64,000 bases of DNA from Chrysomallon squamiferum. Taxonomy: Eukaryota; Animalia; Mollusca. Below are positions 12,301 through 26,458 of this stretch, one piece after another (within the stretch, counting starts at the first letter, position 1; each line of letters opens with the position of its first letter). Made by a program: the position numbers and the translations under genes. The notes below the pieces were generated by a model. It did no database searches. It was given only the letters and a program-made list of their open reading frames with translations, and was not told where the DNA came from. Where the stretch lies: NCBI GenBank assembly GCA_012295275.1, contig CM022670.1:36828001-36892000 (forward strand). Reading direction: 5' to 3'.

Positions 12301-15300
12301 AATATACTTTATTACAAAACACACACACACACACACACAGACATTGTAAACAAAACACATACTTATATTCATGTATTTTATTTTGCACAACTTGGATGAC
12401 ACACTTATCTATTTCTTTAGCTATCATAGAAACAGTTAGCTTATATAAAGAATCAAACTAATACATTAAGTGTCTGCATACTTAACAAGATTAGTCCCAT
12501 TCTCTGTAGGTTAATCCTAAACAAACACAAATGAATCTGTGTTCATTTTTACTCAGAGGAAGAAAAATATCATTGAAAAGAGAAATATCTGATTTGATTA
12601 ATCATTATTTATGACTGATTTGAGTAAATGTAAACAACAGTTAATTTTAATAATTGTTAATTAACTGAGATTATTGTTATAAATATGTTAAAAAAACATT
12701 TAAAAATTATTTATTAAATAGGTAGTAAGTTTAAAAAAAAATAATAAAAGAAAAACACCCAACCCCAAAGCTCACACACAGCTTTATCAACAAAACAAAT
12801 GACATTTTATTACAGTGTATTTATCATTATCTATAACATATAAAAAATTGGTTATAAAAAAAAACTGTGATATAAAATGTAACATTAATTTCATCATACA
12901 GAACATATTATTTTCTTTTTTTATAACAAAGAACTTATCTTGATTATAATAATAAAAAAAAAATATTTTGTAACATTTTTTTTTTGCAATAAATTAGTTA
13001 CAACATATTTTATGATAAAGATTTTATTTGACAAAGCTGTCACATTAATCACGACAATTTGAGATTATTGTCATTCACAGTAACAATAAAGTGAAAACAA
13101 TTAACCACAATCTGGCTGATTAATTTCAATTAAGAACATAACTGTCAGGGTATCTGTAACAACTGTCACGACTAAACGCATTACGTTTGTGTTTCTTCAG
13201 AATGCATCAAGAGTATAAAAATTACCAGCCCTTATGATTAAACACAACCTTATTCACATGTCCACCATCATAACCCAATCACATGTTGTCTGAGAGAGAT
13301 TTATTTCAGAAATATATCTAATTCTTTCTGTCCACTGAAAAATATGAATGCCATGAAGGAAAATTAAATTTCTACCCAAGCTCGCTGGCTAGCACAGCGA
13401 GGGTCTGTGGAGAATAACTCCATGATGAGGGATTATGATTGGGTTTTCTTCAACAATTTGATTAACAGCCTCAATTCGGAGTAATACTGTACGCTTTCCT
13501 TCTAATTCCGCTGCACCAATGCCAATCATCTGATTGCGCTATCCTGCGGGAAAACGCTTCATAATGATCGGAATCCGATGGACATCTCACGTTGAAATGA
13601 AACGCAATTCTGATGAGATAGGCTACAGTGTGCTTGGTAAACAAATGACGTACCACCAAAGAGTAATTCATCTCCGCTTTGTAAGAATTGATTTTAATAC
13701 CATAGGGCTTGTTTTGGTTTTTTATAGTGGGGGGTGTTGTATGTTAAATTGAGTTTAATATTTTTTGTTTTACTTTTTTTTCCTATTTTTTAAAGAGTTA
13801 ATCAATAGTTTATTTTTATTATTATTTAAAAAAAAAAAATAATAAAATAAAAAATAAAATAAAATAAAATATAAATAAAATTATCAAATATTAAAACCTT
13901 CATTGGGAAACAAAATAATAATTAACAAAAAAAAAAAAATAAATAAATAAATAAATATATCTCCATGTATTCCATTTTTCTGTTAATTATTATTAAGTTA
14001 ATGTAAAGTGACAATTTATAATAGCAACATTTATTTAATTTATTAATATTTTTAACTGATTTATTTATTTATAATTCTCATCACAAACAGTAAATACATA
14101 AATAAAAACTTTTAACAGTATTTATTTCTATTTTTATTATTATTATTATCAGATATTTGATAATAAATATTTTTTATCAAAGCACTGCATGTATAAAAGC
14201 AATTTACATAGGTCTATCAGAAGACTGTTTCAGCTAAGTGTAGGTCAGGCTGTTATTGTCTTACCAAAGTTACAAGTTTTAAAGATGGGAATATGTACAT
14301 AAAAGGGTTGATGGTTGTAGCTAATCATATCCAAACAGTCACAAAAGAAATTGAAGTTTCCCCAGAAGATAATTTACAACATTCTAAATGGATTTTTTTG
14401 CAGATGCTATCAGAATATGGAAGTACTTAAGTGGCCAATATTTCATCATTACTGCTTTATTTAATTCTTTATTATTAAATATTTAGAGGAGGAATTTTTA
14501 AAATTATATAACAGAAATTGTTATTTTTTTATTATTATTATTATTTTTTTTTTTTTTGAAAAAAAAAATTTCAAAAAAATTAAGGAAAGAAAAAAGACCA
14601 CATAATCCTGAACATTTAATTTTTTTTAATTTTTTTTTTTTTTTTTTTTTTTTTTTAGTTATAAAGTTATTAATGTAAATATGTGAAAATAAATTAATCA
14701 TTTTAAACAACTACTGTTTAAATGAGATCCAAGGTCAATAATGCTGATTAACAGCAAGAACTGTTTATTTTAATCTGAATTATTTTCAGGATCTAATTGA
14801 TTTTATTATAACTAATTAAATTTATTTAATTAATTTGGTGTATAACAATTAATCTGAAATAAAAATAAAAAAAACTTTTAATGATTTAATATTTAGTACA
14901 ATGTTTTCAGAAAGTGATTATAAAACATTTTTTCATGTTTAAGTACATAGATTAAAGATGAAAATGATGGATTTGTTTTTATAAACATCATCGTTATCAT
15001 CATTTTTATTGCAATTTTCAAAATGCTGATCAGAATCTAATGTTTACTCAGTATTTTTTTTTTTTTTTAATAAAATGGAATAACATTTCATCAGCACTGC
15101 TTGTAAATTGTACGAAAATAAAATTCTCCAACACTTTTATCCAACCTTTTAATAAGTTTAGTAACAAAAGCAGCATTTGTTTGTATCAGATAAAAAAAAG
15201 ATTGCCATAATCTTGAACGAAAATCATTTCTAATCAAATTTCTTGCAGCAGTTTCCATTAAGGAAAATCAAATATTGCTCATAAAAAAGAAGAAGTGATT

Positions 15301-18137
15301 TTTCTATACAAACATAATTACCTCAATAGCTGCTAGCTAAAAAAGATTAGATGCCTCTCATTCAATTACTACGGCAAATTACAAGCAATGTTTCACACAA
15401 TTCTGTCACCATCATTTTGACTACACAGACAAATTGCATTGCTGTGATAATTAGCTCTTTATATAAAAATTCAAATAGTGTTTTCCTTTGCTCGCAGACA
15501 ACAGAAAAATGAGAAGTCTGCGACATTTTGTGGACAGACGAAACGCAGGACCGTTCAGTGTTTGTAATTGTCCGAACGCTTTCGGAGCCTCGAATAATTT
15601 GTATAATTGGGACGAGTGTTGGAGGAAGAGAGAAAGTTAATCCTGTCTCGGATTCGTATAGATTGATTTCTGTCAATCTCGGAGAGATGCTCTATTTATC
15701 TGCTAAATTAGCAGGCCTCTCGCCAGCCTCGTTGTATAATGTTTTCTGAGTGATCGTAGGAATTAACTCTTTTATTAGCAGGATGGCTTGTGTTACACAG
15801 TGACAGACCAGGCATATAAAACCAGCCAACAACAAATCCGGACGAACAAAGCTTCCGAATATCACTGGGAGTATAAATGTCTCTGTATAAATGTATAAAA
15901 TTAATCATCTTTGAAAAAAACACACAAATAAATGAAAGAAAAGAGACCTCGACAAATCATTTTAATGTTATAAAGTATTCATAAGAGCAAATGTTTGTTG
16001 ATGTTTTAACTCGAGTTTTTATTTCAGGGTAATCTTCTTCAATTAGCAGAATAAATCAGTGTTAAATGATGCACAAGCATAAAGAAAATATGGCAGTGCA
16101 GTCAGAAGGTTTGTGCCCAAAACAGGCTTGTTTGAACAGTTGTCTCATGAAACAGGTTATAAATTAAAAATAAAATCAAAATTTAAAATTACAAATGAAC
16201 AACAGAAAACAAATAGTATAAATTTGTAATAAATTTATATCTGTGATTTGAATTTATTATATAAGCAAAGAGGTTTATTTTTAAAAAATGAACCTAATTG
16301 TGTCCAGAGTAAAACAGTTCCATCATTTATTTGTTAGCTAACTACACCATTACTTTTTCACAAAACTTCATCAGTTAACTAAATGGTCAAATACTTTTGA
16401 ATTCCATACAATTAGAAAAAACATTAGTCAAAATTAATATTTACAGTATTTAATAAAGTTTTTGGATTTGCTCTGAATGGATTCTAGACAATGTGTTAAA
16501 CCGATAATTTTGAAATATAATAATTCATTTATTTACATAAATGTCCTACTACAATAACCAACAAACACTTCAATTAGATTTGTTCATATTAATGAAACCA
16601 TTCACAACTGTAATAAATATTTTTTTCTACTGAAACATAACAGACACTCAGGTGTTTTTCCTGAATGATAAAAAAAAAACTTTAAAAGACCGAAATAAAA
16701 AAAAAAAAAAAAAAAATGGATAATTATCTTTTAAAAAAAAAAAAAATTAAAACTGCCACGTAACAAGCAACAAGCGTATAAACGTAACTGTGACCAATAC
16801 ACACCGATACTGTCAGATAACCATCTAAAATCAATACCAAGTGTCTCTTACATAAACGATAACAATCTTCAACTAAAGATATAATTAAAAGTCTTGCTAC
16901 CAGACGAATTGTGTGTGTTTTTTCTCAGAGACAATTACCTTTGCTATCGGCCGGCCGATCGTTAGGCTAGTGTATTCATTTCAAGTGGATTACAACAGCA
17001 TTTAACTTCTTAACAATGGTGTTTTTCTGGCCTGTTTAATGTGCAAACGAATACGACACTGCTCGTAAGCAAACCACAAGATCTGCCTGATCGGATGGAA
17101 GATAACTCGCGGGGAGGTGGCTTTTATAAAGGATTTCAACATGAAAAGAAATAAAAAAAAAAAAAAATGCTACACCATTCTTTACAAGATCACAGGTATA
17201 ATCGTGAATAAGCAGCTTTCTAATGACGGTTCAGTGATTTAAAGTTTTAAGTTTGCCAAGTTGTGAGACTCTGCCAGCTGACTTTGTGAATGGTAAAATC
17301 TTGATGGCAGAGTCCGTAACTGTTCAGCTGTAGAGGGATTGCACTTAATAAAGGTACAAACTCCCTACCAAAACAACAATGAAATACAAAAGGAAAAACA
17401 AATATTTACTGTATATATATCTTGAAGCCACATATTAATTTTGTCAAGAAATTAATTAAAGACACTTTTTTTACTGCACCACAAAATAAAATAAAACAAC
17501 AACAATAAATATTTATTACAGTTTAAACAGACAGAGTGTGTTCATTTCAACCAACTGAATTTTAATATTTCCTATATTAGTACAATTTTTCTGCCTTGGT
17601 GGTTTTGTATGATGTAAATTCTGCCACCTTAACATGAGAACCCTTCCATTATTTTTAGAGCCTTTAGTGAGAGCCTACACAGCAAGCAACAAGAGACCAC
17701 TTACAACAGTTATCTTCTCCTAATCTAGGAATTTAACTTGCTCCCTGTCATCTGGCTAAACAATGAGAAGCATTGTCAAGTATGATGAGAGGCTTTAGAT
17801 TATAGATGCAACAAGAATGACCAGGCTTAAATTGCAAGGAACTAATATGTTTTACGTTTGACAAATTGCCTGGAAATAGCTGCACACTTCACTTTAACTG
17901 TCTGATTGTATCATGGCTGTGTTTTGACACTGGTTTCATGTGACAGTAACAATTTACTGGGGATTACCAAGTAGCCTTGGATAGAGAGTGGTGTTGTCTA
18001 AAGTAATTTTTAAAATAATAAAAAAAAAAAAAAAAGTGAACATATAACAACCATACCTGGAAAAGTAAAATACATGTCTTTCAAAAGCATTTAAAAAAAA
18101 TTTTTAAATTAAAAACACTTATATAGGGGCAGAGAAG

Positions 18138-18140
<3 letters not shown>

Positions 18141-18218
<78 letters not shown>
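18141..18218. repeat. (AG)n microsatellite
   Basis: Read directly from the sequence. Confidence 0.95.
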
Positions 18219-18221
<3 letters not shown>

Positions 18222-18652
18222 CAATATAATTTTTTTTTAAATAAATAAAATACAGTATATTCTTTGAACTATAATCAAATCTAATTTTTATACTTGCACT
18301 GACATACACATTACTATAGATTAAAATAATGTATTCTGTTTCTTCAGTGCATTTATTCTGTATGAATATCCATTCCACAAAAAAAAAAGAAAAAAAAAGA
18401 AACATGAATCAGCGTGGAGGAAATTGCCTGCACCAGATTACTACTTGCTTCACTGTGACAAGTTAGAGTCCAGCAGAACTAAGAAACATAAACCAAGCAG
18501 GAAATTAAAAACAAAACTTTTGGCTTAAAAAAAAATAAAGTATAAAAAAAAGAAGAAGAAGAAAGAAACAGCAACAGCACATAAAAAGATAAAAAAATCA
18601 AAACAAACAAAAAATGTCAAAAAGAATCAATATTCTTAAAAATACAATTAAT

Positions 18653-18683
<31 letters not shown>

Positions 18684-19544
18684 TGCTAAAATGGCCTGCA
18701 GTTCTCTTCTGATTCATTAGAGTGGAAAGAGCAGAAGAAAAAAAGAAGAAAAAAGCTTATAGTAAGATTATTGAGCATGACGACTGTAATAAACTTTATA
18801 TATAAATAATTTGGTTTTTTTCCGTAAGGAGCCAATTTCTTAAAAATAATGATACTGGAGAGAAAAAAATCCACTGATATTAAATCAGAGTTATAAAGAA
18901 AAAGAAAAGACATAATAAATAAATAACAAAATTAAAGAAAAAAAAAAAAAAAAAAAAAAATGGAAAGAAAAAAAGGTGATCTGTGAAAATGTAATGTTAT
19001 AGTTTGTTTTTTGATACAACGTAACAATCAACATTTTAAAACTCTGATCAAATTTCAAATAAATCCACAACTAGTCTCAGTTTGATATCAAATGACTGGC
19101 AGATAACACAAACACAATAAAACAAAATTTGTTATTGTAGTGAAAATCTTACTAAACTTAAATTGATTTTGAACATTTAATCCATGTTGTGTGAAAAAAA
19201 AAAGAAGGAAACATTTTTTTTCTTTTTTTTCTTTTCCAAATCGTGCTTATCCACCGAATATTTTAATCAGCTTTTTTTGTTTTTTTCCCCTTTCAATTTA
19301 AACAGTCTCCCTGCAAGTGCTGACAAAAATCCACTGAATAGATTTTCTAACACATAATCAACTTACACCAGAATATACAATTTACTTATGTGCTGTTTAA
19401 TATCCCTTTAGATTTCAGCTGAACACATAACTAATGAAACCATATCCTGGAGCAATATGAACAAAAGACTACACTACTAGCATACAAATCATTGTATCCG
19501 ATTTTTGTTACTGATACACATGTAAATATGAAGTACAAAGCAGA

Positions 19545-19595
<51 letters not shown>

Positions 19596-19684
19596 TAATA
19601 AATTAATAAATTAATAAAATATAAATAAATAATTTACATGGCTTTGGTTTGGAGGATGTTAACATTTTCATTAAATACTATACT

Positions 19685-19840
19685 GATTAACTGACAACTG
19701 TCTCCTCAGTAAGTCAGTAAGTAAGTAAATAACAATAACAGTAACGACAGTAAAAAGTTCTAAAGATTAACTGACAACTGTCTCCTCAGTAAGCAAGTAA
19801 ATAACAATAACAGTAACGACAGTAAAAAGTTCTAAAGATT
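19685..19840. repeat. Tandem duplication, 80 bp + 72 bp copies
   Basis: gattaactgacaactgtctcctcagtaag...cagtaaaaagttctaaa repeated head to tail. Confidence 0.92.
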
Positions 19841-22800
19841 TTAAAATGAACTATTTGAACTTATTAATTCTGCAAAGTAGCTTTAACTGCAACTTATTTC
19901 TAAATACAGTGGGCATTTTGTTTTTTGTTTTTATTTTATAAAGTTGAAATTTTGATGCATTTTCTGAAAGTTTTAATATTAATAACAATAATGTGTATCT
20001 TTGATAGGTTTGTTTTATTTATTTGTGTGTGATGAACTTTTGATATTTAGGATCAATTAAGCTACTTCAAGTGTAATACCATGAAAAATATTCTGTATTA
20101 AAAAACAAACAAAAAACTCTGTGCTTAGACAGTTAAATGTAACAAGAAATATAAATATCTCCCACATTTCATAATGAATTATAGCAACATCTGGCATGAC
20201 TAACATAATATCACATCTGCATAAATAATTTATATCGTTTTGTATTCCCATTAAATAAAATTATGCATGAAAACTTTTAATAAAAAAAATTCCTCAATAA
20301 CCACTTCTCTTTTAAAGTCCATTATGCAAATTTTATGTACTAATATTTTTCTGACCAAATTAAGAATTGTCCCCAAAGAAATGTAAACATAAAAAAAAAA
20401 AATCTTAATTTTATGGCATTTTTTTTTTTTTTTTTTTTTTGTCAGCCTCTGTTTGTTTCAGAAATAATAATAATAATAAATTTTAAAAATCAATTATTTA
20501 CTGCTAAAGAAATGAAATTTATTCAATTGTTTGTGTAATAAGATTATACTTGTTAAGATGGAAATTATTGGCTAACAAGGACATTTCAAAGAGCTTCATA
20601 ACTGTCATGTCAAATTATTATAGCTTGTGACATCACTTTTTTTTTTTTATTAAAATGTCTTGAAAACACTAATATAACACTGTCATTAAAAATTCTTTGT
20701 GTGTGTGTGTGTGTACAGTTTCATCATTATTGTGAAGTAAAACCAAGGCTATTATATAAATATTAATTTATAATGATCAAATACATGCACAATATGTTAA
20801 ATGTTTCTGTATATTCATTCCAATTTCAATTTTCTAAAATTATTTTCCTGGTTTTCTGTCTTTAAGTTGCGATAAAAGATGCTTTGCTGCCATGGTAAAA
20901 ACAGACCATAGATCAACAACAATTTCTTTTGTGAAGTTATTAACAAAGGTTGATACTGGATATATTTAAAAAAAAATTAAAATACATTATTTTCCTGAAG
21001 AAAAAAAATATATAAAAATAATAAATAAAAAACCTAAATAAAAAAACTTAAATAAAAAAACCTAAATAAAAAAAGAGAAAAGTCTTAATAATTCATATAA
21101 AACAGATTTAACAGCAAGATGTAAAGTTAGTAAAAAAAAAAATGTCTTCAGATCTCTGAAATATATTAAACGAATGAATCAAAAATGTCTTTGATTTTGG
21201 GGTTTTAATTCTCATAAATTGCTGTTTTATATAATAGTAACTTAATTTTATACGTTTTTCAAAAATATCCAAAATGAAAATATGATAACCCAAAATAACC
21301 GTCGAATTCTCACGGTTACAGCAGAACAATTTTAATTGTCAAGAAGATGGACAAGTCATTCAAAAGCACATCTCTTTGAAAACGAATACAGAAAGAAAAA
21401 AAGAAAAAATATAACCTGGAGGCAATCAAAACAAATTCTCTTGGGCATTCGAAGCAATAATTCAATTTCTGTTGTGGTGTTGTTACTGCCCATACGAATG
21501 TGTGCTATTGGTTTGTTTTGAATGACAGTGGTCCAATCAGCAATTTGACTGCTGCTGCAAAAGTGACGGCGAGCGAATCAATGCAGTGCGTAAGTGGCTG
21601 ATCAAGTCGGTGTCTCGCAGTCCCTCGCACTCGTCATAATTAACACAGCAATTATAAAGACTTTCATGTCAGTTTTCCTCTTTCTAAAACTGAAAGTAAG
21701 TATCGTATTTACTGCCTCTATAAACAGGGCAAAAATTTATTATCCCCACCAGAATTGTTTAACTTCTTGAATGTCTCACCTAAAGGGCCACCGTAATTGT
21801 TTCCAATCATGCCAGAGCTTGCGTCACTGACAGCCCAACTGCACATTAAATACTGTTCATCAAGGGAGTATTGAATTAAAAACTGAAAAATGCTCAAAGC
21901 GATGTTGGCTTCTGAAAATGAAGAGCATTAATCTTGCTATTTAAAATAAAAACGATTATCAATTTTTTCACATTTAATTATCAATTTTTTTTTTTTTTTT
22001 TTTTTTAATTCTATTTTTTTTTTTTTTTTAATGCTGGAACAAAAATCTTTTGTAACAAAAAGTTGATTACATCATTGCCTCATTTATCTATTTTTTTTCT
22101 CTCTCTCTCTGTCAATTATTAGGGATTTTTTTTTTTTTTTTTTCTTTTGTTATGTGTTTTAATGAAAGTTACGGAAAGTGTATTAAAGTCTGAGATGACA
22201 GTACTATTAACTCAGCATTATAAATGACACTCATGCATGACTCTAAAATATAGATAATGAAGATTATTACAAAAATATGATGATGATGATAATTACATTA
22301 ATAAGTTCCAAAGATTCTCAAAGAAAGAACGTTGTAATTCATTCCCTTTGTTTAGAGTTTGTTCGCTGTTTAAAATAGCTGAAATTTTTGCTGCAGTTTA
22401 TTTCTGTATAATATGTTTTGTAATTTTTTTTTGCATTTTGGATTAAATTTAATGAAAGAAAAAAAAAAAAGAAAAAGAAAGGAAAAAAGATGAAAAAAAA
22501 AAATTTAAATGAAATAAATTACCAGTAAAATAAAAAAAAAAACAGTTAAAATTTCTGGTCCAATTTACATAATTTCCTTGCAAAGTACAGTTATAACACT
22601 TTTAAAATTAAAAAATCTGTTGAGATAAATAAGAGCTATTAGTTAACTAATCAAATCTTTGTGAGAATTTACAATGTATGTTACAGACTGTTAGGTTTAT
22701 GATACTTTAATATTTTTCTCAAATGATACATTAGGTGGTTTCAAACAAATACTAAAACAAAAGTCAATGAAAATGGTTTCATATGGTAATAAAATTATCA

Positions 22801-22956
22801 CTGATATTAGTTTGTATAACAAGCCAAAATGAGGACAGTTTTCTAATATATTAATATTTTCTTAGAAATAAATTTATTACATGTTTTCTTGTGTTTATAT
22901 TTATGCAGATATTAACCTGGGGATGTATTTAATTTGATTATTTATCTACATTTACA

Positions 22957-22992
<36 letters not shown>

Positions 22993-23797
22993 TAATAATA
23001 TCATCATTACCATTATTAGTGAAAATGTAGATAGACATCAAAATTATACATTTTATTTCTAGCTTTGGATAACTTCAGTTATTATAAATGTTACTAGTTC
23101 ATGCTTCAAAGATTGATCTTGAACACATTATTAAAAAGAATTAGAGTAAATAAAAATAACCAAAAACACTTTCAATTAAATTTCCATTGATTTAAATTTT
23201 AAAATGATTAAATTTCTTCATTACAGTTCAGACAATCGCTAATAATAATGATTGATCTTAGTATCACTTTTTCATTAAATTACATTAGTTTATGTTTCTG
23301 TAACTGGAATGTCAAAACTTGAGGTTTCAATTTATTTAATTATTATTATTATTATTATTATTTTCCCCTCCCTTTGTTTCATTGTTAACAACTGACACAT
23401 TTTGCATCCTTTCAATCGACTATTTTTATCTATTAACAGCTTTTATCTAACAATAAGTTTTGAAAACTGGTTATATTTTTTCTAGATTTAAGAAATTATG
23501 TAACTTTCAATGCTTATAATAAACTGAAAATTATTAGTTTCTTTGTTAGTAATCAAAAAATTTTAAAAAATATACTTGTTTCTTTGTAAATAATAATTTA
23601 TGAAAATAATATAACTGTTTCTTTTTTTTTAGATAATAAATATGAAAAATTAATGATGAAAACTACACAAGAAATCTGCAACAATTCTTTAAGACTGCCT
23701 GTATATTTATAGAAATATTTTAAATCACTGAATTTTGCTAAAGATTTAATAACTTCATTTTATTTACCTTCAAATTATCTTTTTTATTTTTATTTTT

Positions 23798-23832
<35 letters not shown>

Positions 23833-24808
23833 TTTTATGATATATTAGTTTTGACACAGACACATATAATTTATTAAACTGTATTTCTTGAACCTAGCTT
23901 GAACTGAACCATGTTTTTGCACATCAAAAATGCAGGTACAACAATAAACAACAATACTGATACTAATGCAAGATTAACTTTACCCTTTTTGACCTAAAGT
24001 GAATTTACCTTATATCTTCCAAGAAATAACTATACATGCAAATTAGGTACATGTACTTTCATATAAAAGAAACGTAAATTAGATGGTTTCAAATGAACAC
24101 AGAAAAAAGTCATTTGCTCAAATAAATGAAACAATAAAGAAACAAATCATAAAAACAAGAGTTAAAAGTGTTACAGTTAATTTCCTGATTGTTAAATATT
24201 CTTATTGTTTTCAGTAAAACAAGACAGGACACTAACTGGCTGATTTATTTGTATTGTGATGAAATGTTGAGTTAACACATTTTGGAATTGAACTGAATGG
24301 ATTTAATGGAAATACTGAAGAAAAAAAAAATTCTAAACAGTTTTTTAATTCATTTTTTTTAAATCTGGTAATCGTAGTAGATTACTTTATACACCTTTGT
24401 TCTCAACTACATTTTTTTTTTTTTTTTTTTTTTTTTTTTCTCTCAGAATTAAAAAAAAATGTTTAAAAAGATTTAAAATTATCTATGTCAGATAATATAG
24501 AGGCAGTGAAATTTTTCAAAACAGATCTTTGCTAAACAGCATTCCTATAGTAAAGTACCTGAATACAAAATCTCAATAAACCTAACATTTTCTTTAACAC
24601 TGAACTTTCCACTTAGTTCTGAAAGTGTTAGATTTAGGCCAGCAGTGACTATGAACAATATTGTTCTCTGTAAATCATTTCTTGTGCCCTTAATAGCTGT
24701 TGATGCATAGCACTGTGGTTTATCAGAGTGTGCTGTGCAGCCCAATGCTTCTGACTTCAGCACTTGAGCTTTCTGTTAGGATTAGCTCCTCACCTTTTGT
24801 CCCTATCT

Positions 24809-24930
24809 GTCTAGCCTCTACCCACTGACCAATCCAGCATGGCTGTCCCTAACTCCTGCTAGCAAAGCTCTTTGGGTCACTGAGACATATAAGACCACTT
24901 ACCACATCAAGGAATGGACAATGAAGGGGT
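24809..24930 (-). mobile_element. Eroded 5' UTR fragment of an RTE-clade (Expander/Rex3-like) LINE
   Basis: The minus strand reads ccttgatgtggt...tgacccaaagagctttgctagcaggag.tagggacagccatgctggattggtcagtgggtagaggctagac, resembling the RTE 5' leader as I recall it. Not database-checked. Confidence 0.5.
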
Positions 24931-25369
24931 CATTAAAGCGTAAGCAGCAAATTAGATTTAGCACTACCAGTTTAAAATCAGTTCTTTCTGTAAAACGAAT
25001 TCTAAATGCATACATCTAAAAGAAAATTTTCATTAAAAGAATGAATCTTTTGAGTACTATTTGAGACTCCTATATGGTCATTATTTGGAATTTTCTTGTA
25101 GTTACAGTGATAGCTTCATAGTACCGAAAGCTAGACTAGAATCTCTAATGTATATTTTTTTCAATCTATGGTTAAACCTTCTGCCACAATTTTCATTGTT
25201 TTGAGGCAATACATTTGCAGTGAAAAGGTTGCTAGAACAAAAATTTTAATGTGTCCTATCAAAATAAAAAATAATAATAATAAAATAAATATTAGAAAAT
25301 CTCAAAATAGAAAATTCATTTAAAACAGTAAGAAAATATGCAACAAAAAACTTGTTATGAATGATAGTA

Positions 25370-26023
25370 CACTTTTTTTTTTGTGCCACAAGATATTCCT
25401 AAGTGTGCCACAAAATTTTGAACGGCACACTAAGAAAATGCAAAAACCATGTGGTCCAAAAATAAAACAAACAGTAGTATGCAAGGTAAAAACGAAAATA
25501 TTCTCACTTCAACAGACAAGCTATCTGCCCTCAAAAAGAAAATTGTTAAAATTAAAACATTCGACTCTGCCCATTGATTCATTTTGGATTTCAGTTCCAA
25601 TTTTCAACTTCTTATATATGTGAATTAGGCTTCTCAACATTAAACAACATCAAAAACATGAACCACGAGAGATTACATACAACGAAAGAAGAAATGAGGG
25701 TGTGTCTGTTTCATATTCGACCAAACATTGAGGAAATTATGAATAAAAGTAAGGCACAAATTTCTCACTAAAGAAGCCAGCTATTTGACTGATGAAATTC
25801 GAAACACTGCAGTGAAGTATAGCTATGTTTTTCTTTATTTAGTTTGAGTCATTCTGTGTGTCTATGACTAGTCTGTGTCTACGATTGTATGCCGTCTACG
25901 ACTTGCCATGTTTTTACTTTACAAAATTCAAATATTTTTCGTATATTTATTTAGCCAGGTGTGCCGCTATTTTTTCATGTGTTCCAAGGTGTGCCGTTGG
26001 CAAAAAAAGTTTGAGAACCACTG
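25370..26023 (+). mobile_element. Decayed, internally deleted hAT transposon (Buster/Charlie type)
   Basis: Transposase fragments MQGKNENILTSTDKLSALKKKI (25479-25544), LKLKHSTLPIDSFWISV (25546-25596) and QFSTSYICELGFSTL...AQISH* (25598-25771, hAT dimerization domain). Right TIR aagtttgagaaccactg (26007-26023); GTGTGCC subterminal motifs at both ends. Left end approximate. Confidence 0.85.
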
Positions 26024-26458
26024 GTTTGAGAGACCAGATGTTTTCTTGACACCATAGTTTTCATGAAATTATTTCATTTTTGATTTGGTTATGTAAATGT
26101 TATTTATTATCCCTTTGGTCTCAAGTTATTTTTAAGTTAATACAAAAGTTGGCAAATATTGATCGAATTAAAACTGAGATACACACTTCTTATATGTACC
26201 TGAACTGGAAAACTTAGATATGGACTGTATATACATCTTGGCTATACCAGAAATGTGAGATAGAGACTGTACTATTGTCTCCACTGGAAATCTGAGACAT
26301 TTGCTCTACATACTTCTTGACTGCACTGGTATTCAACGAAAGAACTTTATGTCTGATACATAATTCATATGTCCTTCTTAACTTTACCAGGATCTGGAGT
26401 CAAAGAATCACAAAAAAACAAAGCAATATCTCTCTATGTGTGGATGTTGTTATCCTAC

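Noticed and set aside
13590-13615. Partial match to miR-219 (aaacgcaattct); similar 11-nt match to miR-2001 near 39129
   Set aside because: Seed regions absent and no precursor hairpin. I recognised no conserved miRNA in the window.
19685-19840. Direct repeats as a CRISPR-like array
   Set aside because: Two adjacent copies without spacers in eukaryotic intron DNA; a simple tandem duplication.
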